From positions 71,610,001-71,674,000 of the forward strand of contig NC_083228.1 of NCBI RefSeq assembly GCF_032191835.1: DNA of 64,000 nt, in the 5' to 3' direction. Positions 23,401 to 37,364 of the stretch are shown one piece after another; position 1 is the first letter of the stretch, and every line of letters begins with the position of its first letter. The notes under the pieces are model-generated. The model did no database searches, was not told where the DNA came from, and worked only from the letters and a program-made list of their open reading frames with translations. The translations under genes were made by a program, and so were the position numbers. The stretch comes from Heteronotia binoei. Its lineage: Eukaryota.

Positions 23401-25164
23401 CCTCCTCCTCCTCCAAAGGTTGCTGGCTGTCATCTGCAGGAATAAATGACCAAACATATACTTCAGCTAAGCTCATTGTGTTTCTGACCCATATGGAGAA
23501 AACCCCACAGCCTAGTCACACTTTCCTCATTCTGGGAAGCTTCCGTAACATATTAGACACGATAACTTCCTGGTGGCAGAGGCAGTGAGGTGCTTCCATG
23601 GCATGTTTCCAGCCATGTGATCTGCCCAGGTGTGCCATGGAAGTGCAGGAGCAGTGTGATTGTTCCTCTCTGTACATGTGTGGGCCATCCTGACCTCATG
23701 GGACTGTGTTGCTGGCACCATCTAATCACTGTGGCATGTCTCTAACAGGATTGGCTTTTTAAAAGCCAAGAGACCACCACAGAAACCAGCTCAACTAATC
23801 CCACCCCGTTTATCACACATTTATGCGGCACTTCTTGCAAGGAGCTTAGGACAACATGCATGGTTCTCCTTTCCTTAATGTCATTCATGTGAAATAGTTT
23901 AAACTGAGACAGAGTGACTGGCTCAGATAATTTAATGGATACTTGAAATCCAGCTTCCTTGTTCTAGTGTGACACTAACCATTGCACCAAAGTAGTTAGA
24001 CCAAACATTGATGTATGCTAGATCTATAGGTTCCATAGTATGAGAAATAGCAAAAGGTTTGATACCAAAGAAGGATCTAGAGAGAGGCTGTTTATGATAG
24101 TCTGAAGAAAGATAGCTCAAAAGTTGATCTTTGAATTTTATCTCTGAAGTTGGGTGCTAAATCTTCCATTTCGTAATATGGAATATTTTGCATCAGTATT
24201 GATTTTCATTGGAAATATCATGCCTGTGCCAAATTTTAACTGAAACACTTACCTTTTTTTTCTGCTCCAGAAGTTTAGCTGTTGATGTCAAGTGGAGCAT
24301 AGTTAATCACAGTCCAGCACCATTCGCCATCAGAGCAGATCAAGGTCAATGATTGTGGTAGGAGCTTTCATCTTAACAAGATCATTTGAGAGATTATATT
24401 TGATTTCTCCATGGTGCCAAGATCTATATGAAAAGCAGGATGGAAGTGTTGCTGATGAAAAAAAAAGTCAGGCCTTTGATCATCTTTCCTCTCTGTTCAC
24501 AGTTTTGTTAACCCTCCAGCTAAACTAAAGAGCTTGTGTTTCATTTGTTTTTTGGAGAGTGGAATGGTCTGTGGACTTGAAAGCTTAGGGAATACTGCCT
24601 TGACACTTCTTACTTTTTCTACACATGGGCTTTGCTCTTCAGACTTCAGGTTATTTGTATGAATATAGATATTTGTATGAATATGTGGGAAGCAAATACT
24701 ACAAAATTCATTTGCAAAAGCTTCACAGATTCTCAAATTGTCAGCATTCACTCCACTTAGCAGCTCTGAAAAACTCTCCCACTGGTGGTAGTCATTGCAG
24801 CTTTTACAGCAATGCCATATGAAAGCATCAAGAAGATCAGCAGGGTACTTATGGAGCCCAAGCCTGTCTTCCCTTGCAATAATGCTGTTGATATTAATAT
24901 TTTATTTCACTTGCTCTCATTCTATTTAATGTGGTTATAAAAGAAAATACCCAGCCTTGACAACATTTTTTTCGGAAATGCATGTGATCTCTTGAATCAT
25001 GCTGGAGAAAAAAGGGAGGGAGTAATGTTAACCATGAGATTCACTATGGTGCTTATTGGTTTCATTGGTGCAGCAAATCTGAACTGGCAAACTTTATCAC
25101 TGTGAGCACACTTGTGCCTTGTGCAACTAAAAGATGTGGGATCTTTGGAAGCCTATTAGTTATA

Positions 25165-25250
25165 GAGCTATCCTAAGCAGAGTTACACCCTTATAAGCCA
25201 CCAGTTTCAATAGCTATAGAAGGGTATAACTGTCTTTGGAATCAGACTGT
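25165..25250. repeat. Short palindromic MITE-like repeat
   Basis: atcctaagcagagttacaccctt followed by the degenerate inverted arm aagggtataactgtctttgga. Related to 26424-26530. Confidence 0.5.
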
Positions 25251-25278
25251 TTGACTGGTATTTAGCTGTATTTTTCAA

Positions 25279-26262
25279 GCCGTGGCTGACTGGCTCAGGC
25301 TGAGCGGGCTGAAGTTGAATCCAGCGAAGACTGAGGTCCTTTGCGTGGGCCGCGGCGGACCGGGAGGGGAGATTACGCTACCGGCTTTTGACGCTACCGT
25401 CACTGATACCAGTGCGGAGAGTCAAGAGCCTGGGAGTGCTACTGGAATCCTCCTTATCAATGGAGGCCCAGATAGCTGCCACTGCTAGATCCGCCTTCTT
25501 TCATCTCAAGAGGGCGAGGCAGTTGGCTCCCTTCTTGGAGCGCAGCGACCTAGCAACTGTGATCCACGCAACGGTCACCTCGAGACTAGACTACTGCAAT
25601 GCCCTCTACATGGGGCTGCCCTTATACCGAACACGGAAACTTCAGGTAGTCCAGAACGCGGCGGCCAGGCTGCTATTGGGACTACCACGGTGGGAACATG
25701 TGCGGGCTGGGCTGCGGGATCTGCATTGGCTGCCGGTTGTGTACCGTGTTCGCTATAAAGTGCTGGTCATTACCTTTAAAGCCCTATATGGCCGAGGACC
25801 TGCCTACCTAAGGGACCGCCTCTCCCCATATGTTCCCCAGAGAGCACTGAGATCCAGCTCTCAAAATCTTTTAACAATCCCTGGGCCAAGAGAGGCTAGA
25901 TTGAAGACAACCAGGGAGCAAGCCTTCTCAGCAATGGCCCCTCGATGGTGGAATCATCTTCCAGAGATGGTACGAGCCCTGCGGGACCTGAATCAATTCC
26001 GCAGGGCTTGCAAAACATTTCTTTTTCAGCTTGCCTTTGAAACAGAACCTGGCTAAACTGATGTGTAGCCACCCAGCCATCTTGTGGATATTATGACTCA
26101 TAGTAATTTAGCACCTATTTTATCTATTTTAACTAATTTATTATGTAATTGATTATTTAAAATTGTTGTTGTACTGTGTTGTTTTATTGAACCATGGAAT
26201 TCCATGCCTGTGAGCCGCCCTGAGCCCGCCTTTGGCGGGGGAGGGCGGGATATAAGAATAAA

Positions 26263-26348
<86 letters not shown>
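25279..26348 (+). mobile_element. Young 5'-truncated L2 LINE with a long (ATT)n tail
   Basis: ORF 25388-26056 (SRLDYCNALY, LQVVQNAAARLL, LHWLPV). CpG-rich. The ATT microsatellite tail runs ~26264-26348. Confidence 0.93.
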
Positions 26349-26350
<2 letters not shown>

Positions 26351-26404
26351 CACAAAACTTCGAAATAAATCTTCTGCCACACTAAATGTACTTCTGGCAG
26401 ATGC

Positions 26405-26690
26405 TTATGGTGTCTCTAACTTCAGTTCGGTGTAGTGACTAACTGTGCATCCTAAAGAGAGTTACACCAGTCTAAGCCTGTTCATTTTAATAGGCTTAGA
26501 CTGGAGTAAGTCTCTTTAGGATTGTACTGTAAGAGCGGTAGACTCTAATTTGGAGAACTGGGTTTGATTTCCCACTCCTTCACATGCAGCCAGCTAGGTC
26601 ACATGCAGCTAGGTCCTCCACATACAGCCAGCTACCTAGGATCAGTCACTGTTCTCTCAGAGCTGTTCTCTCAAGAGCAGTTCTTTTAGC
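26405..26690 (+). mobile_element. Squam3-like SINE with its head interrupted by a ~105-bp palindromic MITE (26424-26530)
   Basis: The head cagttcggtgtagtg resumes at taagagcggtagactctaat. The insert has inverted arms ccagtctaagcc / ggcttagactgg. Confidence 0.65.
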
Positions 26691-27417
26691 CCCAGGCAAG
26701 GGTCTCCTGACAGTAAGGAGCTTGACAGAAGCTGGGGAAAACTGTGGCAGCTGGCCCCTGAGCTTCCTGTCGCTCCGATACTCCACTGCAACGATTGCCA
26801 TGATGGCAACAAGAGGTGAATGCCTGACTTCCTCTTTGTCTTAACAGCTTTCTAAGTTTCTCTTTTCTACTGCAACTGCTGAAACTCTACCATGCAAGTA
26901 AGTTAACTTAAAAATCTCACTGATTAATGGAATTCTTACCGTAAAACCAAACGGGACTGTTCAAAAGGGGGGGGGTTCATCCTCCCCCACAGGAGAGGCT
27001 TCCAAAAGAAGAGGAACAAACTGCCGAAAATTGGCATTTTTTCATTTTTTTAATTGGACTGAACATAGACATGTAAATTGATCTGGTTTATAATTAAACA
27101 AGCTACAATTGGCAATCTAGCATATCATAATACAGTCTGAATAGAAGTTGAATATGTTTATAAGAGAAACTCATTTGAAGGGGATCGGAACGGATTTGGT
27201 TTGAACTGGAATGTAAGAGAAAAGCACACAGAAAGAGGAGCGCTAGAGACAAACTGACTGGGTCTCTGAGCTATTCATTAACTTTTGTTATTGGACTGAG
27301 TAATACTGTGAGAAGATGTCTTGGCAAAATTAAGCAGATGATAAAAAAGATTTTTGTGCTGCCATATCTTCTGTACAACATGGTATCGGTCTGCTAGCGG
27401 AGCTGATAAAAAAGCAG

Positions 27418-27741
27418 GTGGAAAATTTTCTTCTGAAGTATAGCGAAATTGAACATCTACATGAGCAGAAATGCCGAGAGATCCAAGAGTTGTCTAATCA
27501 GCCAGAGAAAGTGAATAAACAACAGTCTGGAAATGTGCTGAATGAAATCAAAATGGAGACGACATACACAGTTTCAAAGGTGGAGCAGAAATTACGACTT
27601 ATCAAAGCTGTTGTAAGAGGAAGTGACTGTGTGTGGGCCTTATCCTCTCTACCAGAACAGATGAGTGCACCAAGGGGAGGAGACAGACACTACACCAAAA
27701 AGATCAAGACTTGGAAAGCCTTTAAAAAGAAGGGACTATAA
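27418..27741 (+). other. Coiled-coil-like open frame, possibly a LINE ORF1 remnant
   Basis: E/K/Q-rich 107-aa frame about 0.8 kb upstream of an L1-type ORF2 fragment on the same strand. No motif recognised. Confidence 0.25.
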
Positions 27742-28529
27742 ATTGTGTTTGCATATTTGGTCACTAACAGTACAACGTAATGGAGCTGATATGCTATTCT
27801 GAGTGGAAGCTGGAACTTTATAATTTGGAGGCTTTATATTTTATAATCTAAGTAGAGTAACCTAGCAGAGACTGTGTTGTAGTGATTGTATTATCTTCTG
27901 CTTAGATAAAAATAAATATGCATGGGGGATGAGGTTGTTATGGTGTACCAATTCTCTTTTTAAAGTAACATGATAGTTGGAAATAGAGTCTCCAAAAGCT
28001 CTTAAATAATTTTTGAACAATTAATGAATAATTAACTTAGACAAATAGTTGATTATGCTTAATCTATATTAATGTAGAGAATACAGATATTATATAGTGG
28101 CAAAGATCTGCTCTTGATCTCTAACTTTGGAACCTGTTCATATAGTAGTGTGCTTTTTTTTTAGCTCTGGTTGGAAGCAAACAAGTTATTATTATAGATA
28201 TAAAGTGTATATTCCTCTTACCCATTTATGCTTATTTTTAATATTTTCAAAAACATTCAGTCAGTTTTGTTCTCTTGTTTGTCTCTTTGTTTTTCACTTT
28301 TGGATAAATGTTTTGCATCAAAGATAAATAGTTCAGATTTATACTATAAATATTAGAATTGTATAACAGTTTAAAAAGCTATAAAAGGACTGTAGAATTT
28401 AATGGTAATATTTAGTTAAAGCCCAAAGACTTGCAGGTAGAAGAAATCTGGTATCTTGTTTTGTTTTAGAAAGGTAACTGATATATTTTTTGCTCTTCTC
28501 TTGTTTTTTCTGTTTTGCCTTCTTTTTTT

Positions 28530-29160
28530 CTTCTGTATCCCCTTTCTTATACTTAAAACCAATAAAAAGTTAAAATGCAAGAATTCTGGGAGTGAATATC
28601 TTTTTCTATTTAACTTAGGAGACACTCATCATGAAATTGTCAAAACACTTTAAAACAGCAGAAACTTAGACTGACATGGATGGAACGTATTGATCTAATT
28701 AGAGCATTTTCATTGCAAAAATATTTGTTTTTCCTTAGATCCCTACCGATTCAGTTCCTAGAAGTGCTATTAAGATTTGGAAAAATGCTTTGTTAAAATT
28801 TTTATGGGAAGCAAAAAAACCTAGAATATGTTTTAATATACTATGTAAACCAATTAATGAGGGAGGATCTGCATTATCAGACTTACTATATAATTATGAG
28901 GCAACTCAACTGTCTAATTTAGCTAAAATGCTACAACTGAAATCTTCACCAGACTGGGCAATTATTGAACAATCTTTTCAGATCATCACACTCTTCAAGA
29001 AATTCTTTGGAGTAAACCATTAGAAAAGCCAGAGACAGTAAAAGCTAATCCATTCTTGGCAAGCATTTCAAAAGTTAGGGATATAGATAGGGAAAAAAGG
29101 GCACCATTTCTACATTTTCTTTCTATGTTTACAGGACAAAGCTGGTTTCAACCTGCTTTA
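28530..29160 (+). mobile_element. L1-clade ORF2 fragment (post-RT region)
   Basis: LTWMERIDLI and FLWEAKKPRICFNILCKPINEGGSALSDL resemble L1/Tx1 ORF2. Confidence 0.7.
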
Positions 29161-29399
29161 CATGACTACTCTTTTTATTTTTTGGAGGCAGAATCATATG
29201 AATAGACTCAGGGCTTTTTTGTAGAAAAAGGCCAGCAGGAACTCATTTGCATATTAGGCCACACACCCCTGATGCCAAGCCAGCTGAAACAGTATTCCTG
29301 TGCATTCCTGGCAGTGCATATGGCAGCAGGTATGGCAGTGCCACATCACTAGTAGAAGCCAGTGGGAAGGAATGAGAACCAACAGTCACTGGGAATGGG

Positions 29400-29672
29400 A
29401 AGACCCATAGGAGGAAGGCCCAGTCCAATTCAAGAAATATCTGGGGACTTTGGGGGTGGAGCCAAGAGACTTTGGGGGTGGGGCCAGGAGACATTAGGAG
29501 TGGAGTCATGAGCAAGGTTGGAACAAGTACAATTGAACTCCATAGGGAGTTCTGGCCATCACATTGAAAGGCACTACACACCTTTTCAATGCCTTCACTC
29601 CATTAGAAATAATGAAGCATAGGGACTCATAGAATTGGTCCCTAATGTAACCCTAAGAATTGGCAACCCTAA
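29400..29672 (+). mobile_element. TAGGGTTGCCA-family MITE fragment
   Basis: Body matches 2176-2687 and the right end is tggcaacccta. Confidence 0.75.
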
Positions 29673-30057
29673 TGTAAAGTCAATAAGGAAGCAATGGATC
29701 CTGCTGTAGGATCTCAAGAGCAGGCATTCAGAGAGAGAGGAACCAAATGGTGCAATGTCCAGATTGTGGGTAGGTGGAACTAGTGCACTCATACCCACTC
29801 TTCATCTCCACACTTTCAGTCATATATAGAGGGCTTGCATAGCTATTGAATTGCCACCCTAATCTTTCAAGCACATCCATAGACATTCAGAATCTTTTCT
29901 TACAGACACAACATTACAACAATATGCCAAACAGGAGCATAGATACTGAAGAATTTTGAAAAGTGAATCCAAACTGATGATTCATGAACCATGTTTTCAC
30001 AGTTCCCTTGAAATAATTTAATTGCTATTTTGACCAGGTGCAAAGATAGACAGGTAC

Positions 30058-30165
30058 CATTTACAGCTGTGCAAAAGAGGGAATTTCAATATCTGGTCAA
30101 CTTTGTAACTGGTCATTTCAGCTAACACAGCTAGGTCTTTTCTTTGTAATATGCAAACTTTTTCT
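30058..30165 (-). CDS. Candidate symmetric 108-nt exon (EKVCILQRKDLAVLAEMTSYKVDQILKFPLLHSCK)
   Basis: Acceptor tatatttgtgcag and weak donor ATG|gtacct. Only one frame is open. Opposite strand to most other candidates. Confidence 0.2.
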
Positions 30166-31059
30166 CTGCACAAATATAGCACAAAGTTAAATCTCATTGG
30201 TTCATGCATAGAATTTAGCCAGCCAAGAATGATATTCTTCCATTTCCATGTAATATAAGATAATTTTTAGAACTGGAAAATAATCAGAAAGGACTACCTG
30301 ATTTATGATATTGGAAATATGTTGATGAAAGCTAAATGTTTACAGGTTGTGGCTTTCATGTTTCTTTTATATTCTGTGTCATTCATCTGAAACTTAGGAA
30401 TCTAAGGTACGGCATGCAGCAAACAGATTCAGTGCTGCACTGAGATCACCTAACAGATACTTTGCAAAGGTTTATGTTCTATTTGGTCTCTTTATCATTT
30501 TAACTTGCTTTTAAGCAGTCTTTTTTTTCCCCTGACACATCAATTTCTTGAAGAATGATTTATCTCCTGTCCCATTTATATAACACAAAGCAGAATACAG
30601 AAGATTCCTAGGCAAAACATAATATTTTCATATTTAAATAAATCCAAACAAGTTCATCAAAATGGCAATTTGACTGTTTTTGAGGGGTCAGAATTTGGCC
30701 TAACATATTCGATGATCAGTCAGCTTTACACGACTGACATATAGTTTCCAGATTGAAACAGAATCTAGAAAAGTTAATATTAATAGCTTATCCAGAGTCC
30801 TATAGATAGTTTAGGGCATTTGTCATTTACCTATATATCTTTGGATACTGGAAGTTTACAATCTTGGGATTATCCTAGCCAATCCCTGCACCAGGCTCCT
30901 GTGGAAGTTAGTCTGTTTTCATACATCTTATCTAGTGAAAGGGTTTTAAGTTTTTAAAAAATCTATATGCTTTTAGAATCAAGTATAGTTAATCCATATT
31001 GGGTTGACCATGAATATTTTTTACTTAGGTTACTTGCACCAAGGACAACATGACCTGAA

Positions 31060-31510
31060 GCATACATCCAGGTTAGATTACTGTAATGCACTTTAGTTGG
31101 GGCTTCCTTTGAAAATGATTTGGAAGCTTCAATTAGACCAAAAGCAGTGGCCAGAATACTTTCGGAGTTGATCACTGGGATTTTACCACCTCTGGGCTGA
31201 AAGATTTGCACTGGTAAGCCATCTGATTCTGGGCACGTTCAAAAGTACTGTTTCTTATATTGCAGGCCCTAAAAGGCTTAGGACCAGGGTACCTGAAGGA
31301 CTGTCTTTCTCCACAAGTTAACATCTGCTTCTCAAGCCCTGGTCTCTATGCCCTGCCTTCAGAGGTTAGGCAAGTGGCATCGAGAGACAGGGTGCTTTCT
31401 ATGAGGCTCCCCTGGCACCTGCTTTACTTTCTTTTAAGCACCAGGCTAAAACACACCTTTTTACACAGGTCTTGTCGTATCATCTTTTTAATGGTCCACT
31501 TTTATGGATA
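31060..31510 (+). mobile_element. Old L2 3' fragment
   Basis: Degenerate SRLDYCNAL, KLQL and GPGYLKDCLS motifs. Confidence 0.7.
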
Positions 31511-31514
31511 GTTT

Positions 31515-31712
31515 TCAGGGTTTTTTTTTTTTTTAGCAGGAATCATTTGCATATTAGGCCACACACCCCTGACACCAAGCCAGCCAGAAAACCAGCCAGC
31601 CTGCTGGTTTGGTATCGGGGGTGTGGCCTAATATGCAAATGATTCCTGCTAAAAAAAAAAACCCTGAAAACAAATGAGTTCCTGCTGAGCTCTTTCTACA
31701 AAAAAAAGCCCT
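31515..31712. mobile_element. CAGGGCTTTTT-terminus MITE (relatives near 29210, 56310, 57440 and 58687)
   Basis: Inverted ends cagggttttt / aaaaaccctg and the shared core ggtgtggcctaatatgcaaat. Confidence 0.65.
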
Positions 31713-33469
31713 ACCTGCTGCTATCTCTTCTATTGCTGGGCCAGTCCTCTGGGACCGCTTCTGAGCCCCTGCCAGCTGCAGTGAGCCCAAGGCTGCTATT
31801 CTTGTGACCCTGGTCATTTTTGTGGCCCTGGTCACCACCAGCATCAGAGGCTCCTCCTGAGGGACAGAGATTAAAGAAATAGCATGAGGAGGAGGGGGAG
31901 ATCTGTAGGGTGTGGAGAGGGGTCACCAAAAATCTCCCCCTCTACCCTTATAAGTATAATGCAAACCAATAGTTAGCTCACCAGAGCCTTTCCTCTGTTC
32001 AAAGGCTTTCTCCTGGCTTCCAGAATCTCAGGCTGAGCCTTTTTCATATATCTGTCTACCACACCCTGTTCTCTTTCCCATGTCAAGCTTTGTCTGGGCT
32101 CCCTTCAAAACCCCATTTGTTGCCACTGAGGCACCCCACCTTTTGTCTCTTTCAGTATCTAGTCTTGCAACTTGATAGTTTCTTCCAGGTGCTTTGACCT
32201 TCAGCCACACATTTTTGGAAAGAGAGTCTGGAAAGGATATGGTCAGACATTGCATCAGGCAAGCAAGCCTTTGTGAAGACAAAGGCATGGCAATGGCAGG
32301 GGCCAGAATAAGGAAAGGAGACATAGATGCCGCACCAGACCACATTCTTCAGAAATGCCACATCCCTGACCCTTGTGACTGTGTAGTCAAACCACACACT
32401 GAATAAGAAGAGAGCCCAGTCTGTATGACAAATTCTTAAACAAATATCTGTAAATCGAAAGTAAATTGTCTTTACACCCAGAAACCACAAGGCACCTACT
32501 TATGGATTAAACTTGCATATTAAACCATTTTATTGTGGGCTGTGCTGGAACAGCTAGGGTTGCCAACCTCCAGGTGGTGGCTGGCAATCTCCCACTGTTC
32601 CAAGTGATCTCCAGGCCACAGAGATCAGTTCACCTGGAGAAAATGGCTGTTTTTGAAGGTGTACTCTATGGCATTATACCCCATTGAAGTCCCTCCCCTC
32701 CCTAAACCTCCTCAGGCTCCACCTTCCAAATCTCTAGATTTTCCCAGCTTGGTGCTGGCAACTCTAGGGGCAGTCAACCCATCTCAACATTTCTGGTCAA
32801 GAATGCAGTGACATATCTTTACTGCAGTGCTAGCACACATACATATAACCTGTGATGAAACAGAAACCAACTAAGGATGTTAGTTATATAATGTTCAGTT
32901 CATGGCCTGCTCATAAATTGTAATCACCAAAGTTATACTTTCAGCGCAGTGTTTGTCTGCATCTGAATTGCTTAAATACATTTAACGAATAATAAAGATG
33001 ACTACACGTGCAGTACTAAATACTGCTTTGCTGCAGCTGCCTCTTTCCACCACTGTCTCCAAGAGTTGAAAGTATATTGTTGAAAGCAAAACATTTAAAA
33101 CTTGCATCTTCAGATGAGATTTACATGCTGATTAGGTAGTACCTAATATCACTGTCACTCAATGCCAAGTTGTCTAGTTCAAATAAATTTGCATGCACAT
33201 TCTCACACTTACCATAAGATTGTAGCTTACCTTATAGTCACACACACAAGCTTGCAAAAATCTTGGCTCTCCCCCCGCCCCCCTTATTTTCCTATGGTAT
33301 TATTGGCATGCAAGTGACAGTGAAAACTGAAATGAAAAATAACTAAATCTGGATCAATATAAATTTGCACATACACATTCCTAAAAGCAATATATCCACT
33401 ATAGATCATTTAAATGAAGTATCTGACTGTGCACAGATGGGGCTGGAGTATGTATGTGCATGAGGGATT

Positions 33470-33660
33470 CTAAGAACATAAGTAGAGCTGGATCAGACCA
33501 GTGCTCCATCTAATTCATCATACTGTTTCATACAGTGGCCAAATAAACTGGGCATAGAGATGGTGGTCTTCTCCTGCTGCTGCCTCCCTCTACTGAGGTC
33601 CAGAGGTTTGCTGCCTAAGTAGATGCAAGCTCCCTTCAGCCACCATGGCTAGTAGACCTG
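33470..33660 (-). mobile_element. Old CR1 3' UTR fragment
   Basis: taagaacataag...ggatcagacc...acagtggcc resembles the CR1 tails elsewhere in the window. Confidence 0.6.
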
Positions 33661-34235
33661 CCCCAGGGTACACATGCCATGTGTTCTCTGATGACCAAGA
33701 AGTTCCAGTTCATTGACTATACAGGTGCAAAAATAGCAGTCAACTTCAACACATAAGTTATAAATACAAAACCTGACCTGCACAAGACCTTGAAGCACAA
33801 ATGAGTACTGCACAAGCTGCTTGATACGGCATTTGAACCAAACTTCGAACAACAACTAGAAGAGCTGGTCATGGGTTTCATTTATGTGTAAACAAAGATT
33901 CAAAACACCATAGGTTTGACTGATGGTCATATTGTCAGCATCTAACCCCATCCCACATCTAACTCCACCCCACAAGTGACCTGTATTCTTTGAAGGACAA
34001 GATATAGAATTTATCTTGCACTCTTTGGGTGTTTAGTAATAAGCTTAAATGTTTCTCCTCAGGTAAGACAAAACAGCTGTGAAACTAGATGGTACTGGTT
34101 TGACTTTCTCCTGAAATCATACTATAGACTGAACTGATGTCTTTATGGTTGCTGAAACAATAAAAAAAAACGTTCTTCCTATAAGTGAAATGATGATATT
34201 GAATTTATCTCCTGCCCTTCACTCTGAATCTTAGA

Positions 34236-35056
34236 GGGTGATTTCACACAGATTTGCCCCAACATAGCCCTGCCTCCCATTCAGATTAAGAAGAAGAAGA
34301 TATTGGATTTATATCCCGCCCTCCACTCCGAAGAGTCTCAGAGCGGCTCACAATCTCCTTTACCTTCCTCCCCCACAACAAACACCCTGTGAGGTGGGTG
34401 GGGCTGGAGAGGGCTCTCACAGCAGCTGCCCTTTCAAGGACAACCTCTGTGATAACTATGGCTGACCCAAGGCCATTCCAGCAGGTGCAAGTGGAGGAGT
34501 GGGGAATCAAACCCGGTTCTCCCAGATAAGAGTCCGCACACTTAACCACTACACCAAACTGGCTTAAAAGATCATAATCACACAAGCACATCTGCCCTAT
34601 GACCCACACCCATACTCATCCCATCTCCAGATGCCTCCTATTCGTATAAAAAACTACCTGGATTTTCCTGGTACCATCCCCCTGAATCAGATGTAGATCA
34701 CATAATCAGCTGCTTTCTGAATGCCCTGGGGCCACTCATAAGTGGAAGAGTTGTGTGATCTCCCTAAGCCATTTCCGGCAAGGTCTGGTTTAATTTTCTT
34801 CCAACCCCTCTCCGAGGTGCATTTGTGTGCTTCTCCGATTGAGCGCACACACGGGGGCCTTTTTAAAAAAGACAACCCTTTCCGCAGCAGTCCATGGTTG
34901 AGCCAGACTAGCAGTGTGAATGGGTAACCACTGACCACTTCCAGGATTCTGCTGCTTCAGCAGTGGCTGTCTGATACCCCAGAAATGGTTCAAACTGAAG
35001 CCGATTTTTTCCGCAATGGGATAAAATCGTGTCAATTTCCCAGTGTGAAACCAGCC
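34236..35056. mobile_element. PIF/Harbinger-like MITE nested in a SINE and itself carrying a SINE
   Basis: Ends gggtgatttcacacag / cagtgtgaaaccagcc with an apparent 3-bp duplication (aga). It splits a SINE whose parts lie at ~34190-34235 and 35057-35267. Confidence 0.5.
34288..34563 (-). mobile_element. Full-length young tRNA-derived SINE (Squam3-like)
   Basis: The minus strand reads gccagtttggtgtagtggttaag (A box) and ggtttgattcccc (B box), ending in a (ctt)n tail. Confidence 0.9.
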
Positions 35057-37364
35057 AGAGTCTCAGAGCACCTCACAATCTTCTTTACCTTCTTTCCCCA
35101 CAATAGATACCCTATGAGATAGGTGGGGCTGAGAGAGCTCTCACAGAAGCTGCCCTTTCAAGGACAGCTCTACCAAGGCCATTCCAGCAGCTGCAAGTAG
35201 AGGAGTGAGGAATCAAACCTGGTTCTCCCAGATAAGAGTCCACACAGTTAACTACTATGCCAAACTGACAGACGTAACATTCTTAATGGAAGATCCTGAA
35301 GGTTCTGCCTAGAAGTTAACCATCCAATAGAGGGAAGAAATTTAGATTTGCCAAAAGCTTAAAGAGAGAAAAATGCCCTGCCCCCTTAAAAAAAGGTTAA
35401 CAAGATGTTATGTTAGACAGTGCTATTTACCTCCGTGCATGAAAAGTTCCACCTGTCCATTTCCACATATTAAGCTTCTATTAAAGGAACATCCCCCACC
35501 CCACCCCCAGGGTCAGCCACCGCACATGTTCTGGAGAATTCCCTAAAAATGAAAATTTGTAAAGCATCATCTGTAAAAATTGCTTCAGAGGTAAAGGGAA
35601 GTTTATTCACAACCTTCTTTGCTGATTAAGATTACTTCTTATATTAAAATAGAACAGCTTTGAAAACTTTGTGGTGAATTTATAATATTCTGTACTGATT
35701 TTGTTGTAAGCTGCTTTGAGGTACCTTTGGGCTGAAAAGCAGCTTACCTATTTAACTATCTGCAAATAAAGTGATTCATAATCAAATGACAACCATGAGT
35801 ATATGGGCCATTCTTTAGTGGTCATGGTCGACATTCCGTCAGGTGATATTTCTGTCTGTAGTATGGAAGGTCATAATATGATGAACAGGTAAATGGGAAC
35901 CAGTCCTGAGAGATTCTACAACAGACAGGTAGGTAGTTTCTTTGCATTGTGACATGATCACAGCCAGGCAGATTTCTAGGCTCCCTGCAGATAAATATCT
36001 AGATAGTGATGTGATATGCAAACGAAGATAACCTGGGAAGGCAGGCAGGACTGTCTTCTCTTTGATCCATTTCAAAAGGCAAATGTTCCTCTTTTAAGTC
36101 AGGCATCATCCTTCACCACTTTGCCTCTCAGTGACATGGCAGATTTATGCAACTCCTTGAAATATTTATCATTATAATCCACGTCATAAAGATGCATTAT
36201 TACTTTTTAACCAACATTAAAGATTAAAAACAGAATAAAAGCTTTGCTTGCTGCCAGGAAAAATTGTCCTTCAAGGGGCTGGGGGTGAAGACAAAGAAGC
36301 TGCTTTAAAGAACCTTCAATTTCAACAGGAAAAAAAAGAGGTGGAGAGAGATTAAGAGCTTTTTTTTTTTCATAATTACTTTTATTACAGAGGGAAGCCT
36401 TTTTTAATTTTCCCCTTGATGTTTCATTATTCTCCTGAAAATGTTATTGTTATCAATAAAAAAATAATAGTTATATTTGTTGTACATATTTGCAGCCCCC
36501 GTTAAATCCAGATTTAAGATCCAACCATAATGTGCTGTGGTTCTGTTCTGTCTGTATATGGGATTGCCCATAAAAACCAACGTTCAGTATCTAGGTTTCA
36601 GCAGTGACCTGGCTGTGCCTAGGGGAAGTTTAAAAGGAGAGCATGAAAGCAACAGCCTTGGTCCTTAGATCCTTAGGGTAGTCTGTCTCTGTGCAAGGAA
36701 TTTCCATTGAAGTAAGAGCTGCTGATAGACTTATTCTCCATGACTTTTTCCCCCCATTTCTTTTTATAAGGCAATTGCTTTGTATGATACAAAAAAACAG
36801 AAGCGCCAGTCCCATGTCTGCCAAAATGTTTAAAAACCATTCTCCTCATGTCTACTAGTGATTATAGGTATTCAATATACCTGTTAGACTACAGACTAAA
36901 AAATATAGGCCACTAAAACTATAGGGAGAGTGTCAGTTGGCCGACAGTAACGCCTGAACCAATAAAACTGATGCAGCCATTCTTACAACCAAAAAGGGGG
37001 GGACCCTACATCCCCCCCCTTCATTTAAAGATGATTTTTTAAAAAAAAGAAGAGCTGGGGATCTGACACTGGGAGTTCTTCCTCTTGAAATCAAACTAAA
37101 TGTTCCCTGATGAAGAATGTATAATAGAAACATATTGTTTGACATATATTACTGCTGGGGGAGGGAGGGATCCAAACAATTTTTCCAATTAAAAAGGCAG
37201 ACTAAACTTGATGTGAATAACAAATCCTGATCTGAAAACTGTACCTGTAGAAACCAATCCAGTATATCCTTTTAATTAATTGCTAGAACGACAAATGTTA
37301 GAAAGTTGCTAAACAGTGCAGGACAGAAATGTTTCTTGGCTCTCTTCAAGGAGACACTCTAGAA

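Noticed and set aside
24250-24425. Exon candidates on either strand (perfect minus-strand donor at ~24250)
   Set aside because: The minus-strand version has stops in all frames. The plus-strand version has a weak donor and no supporting neighbour.
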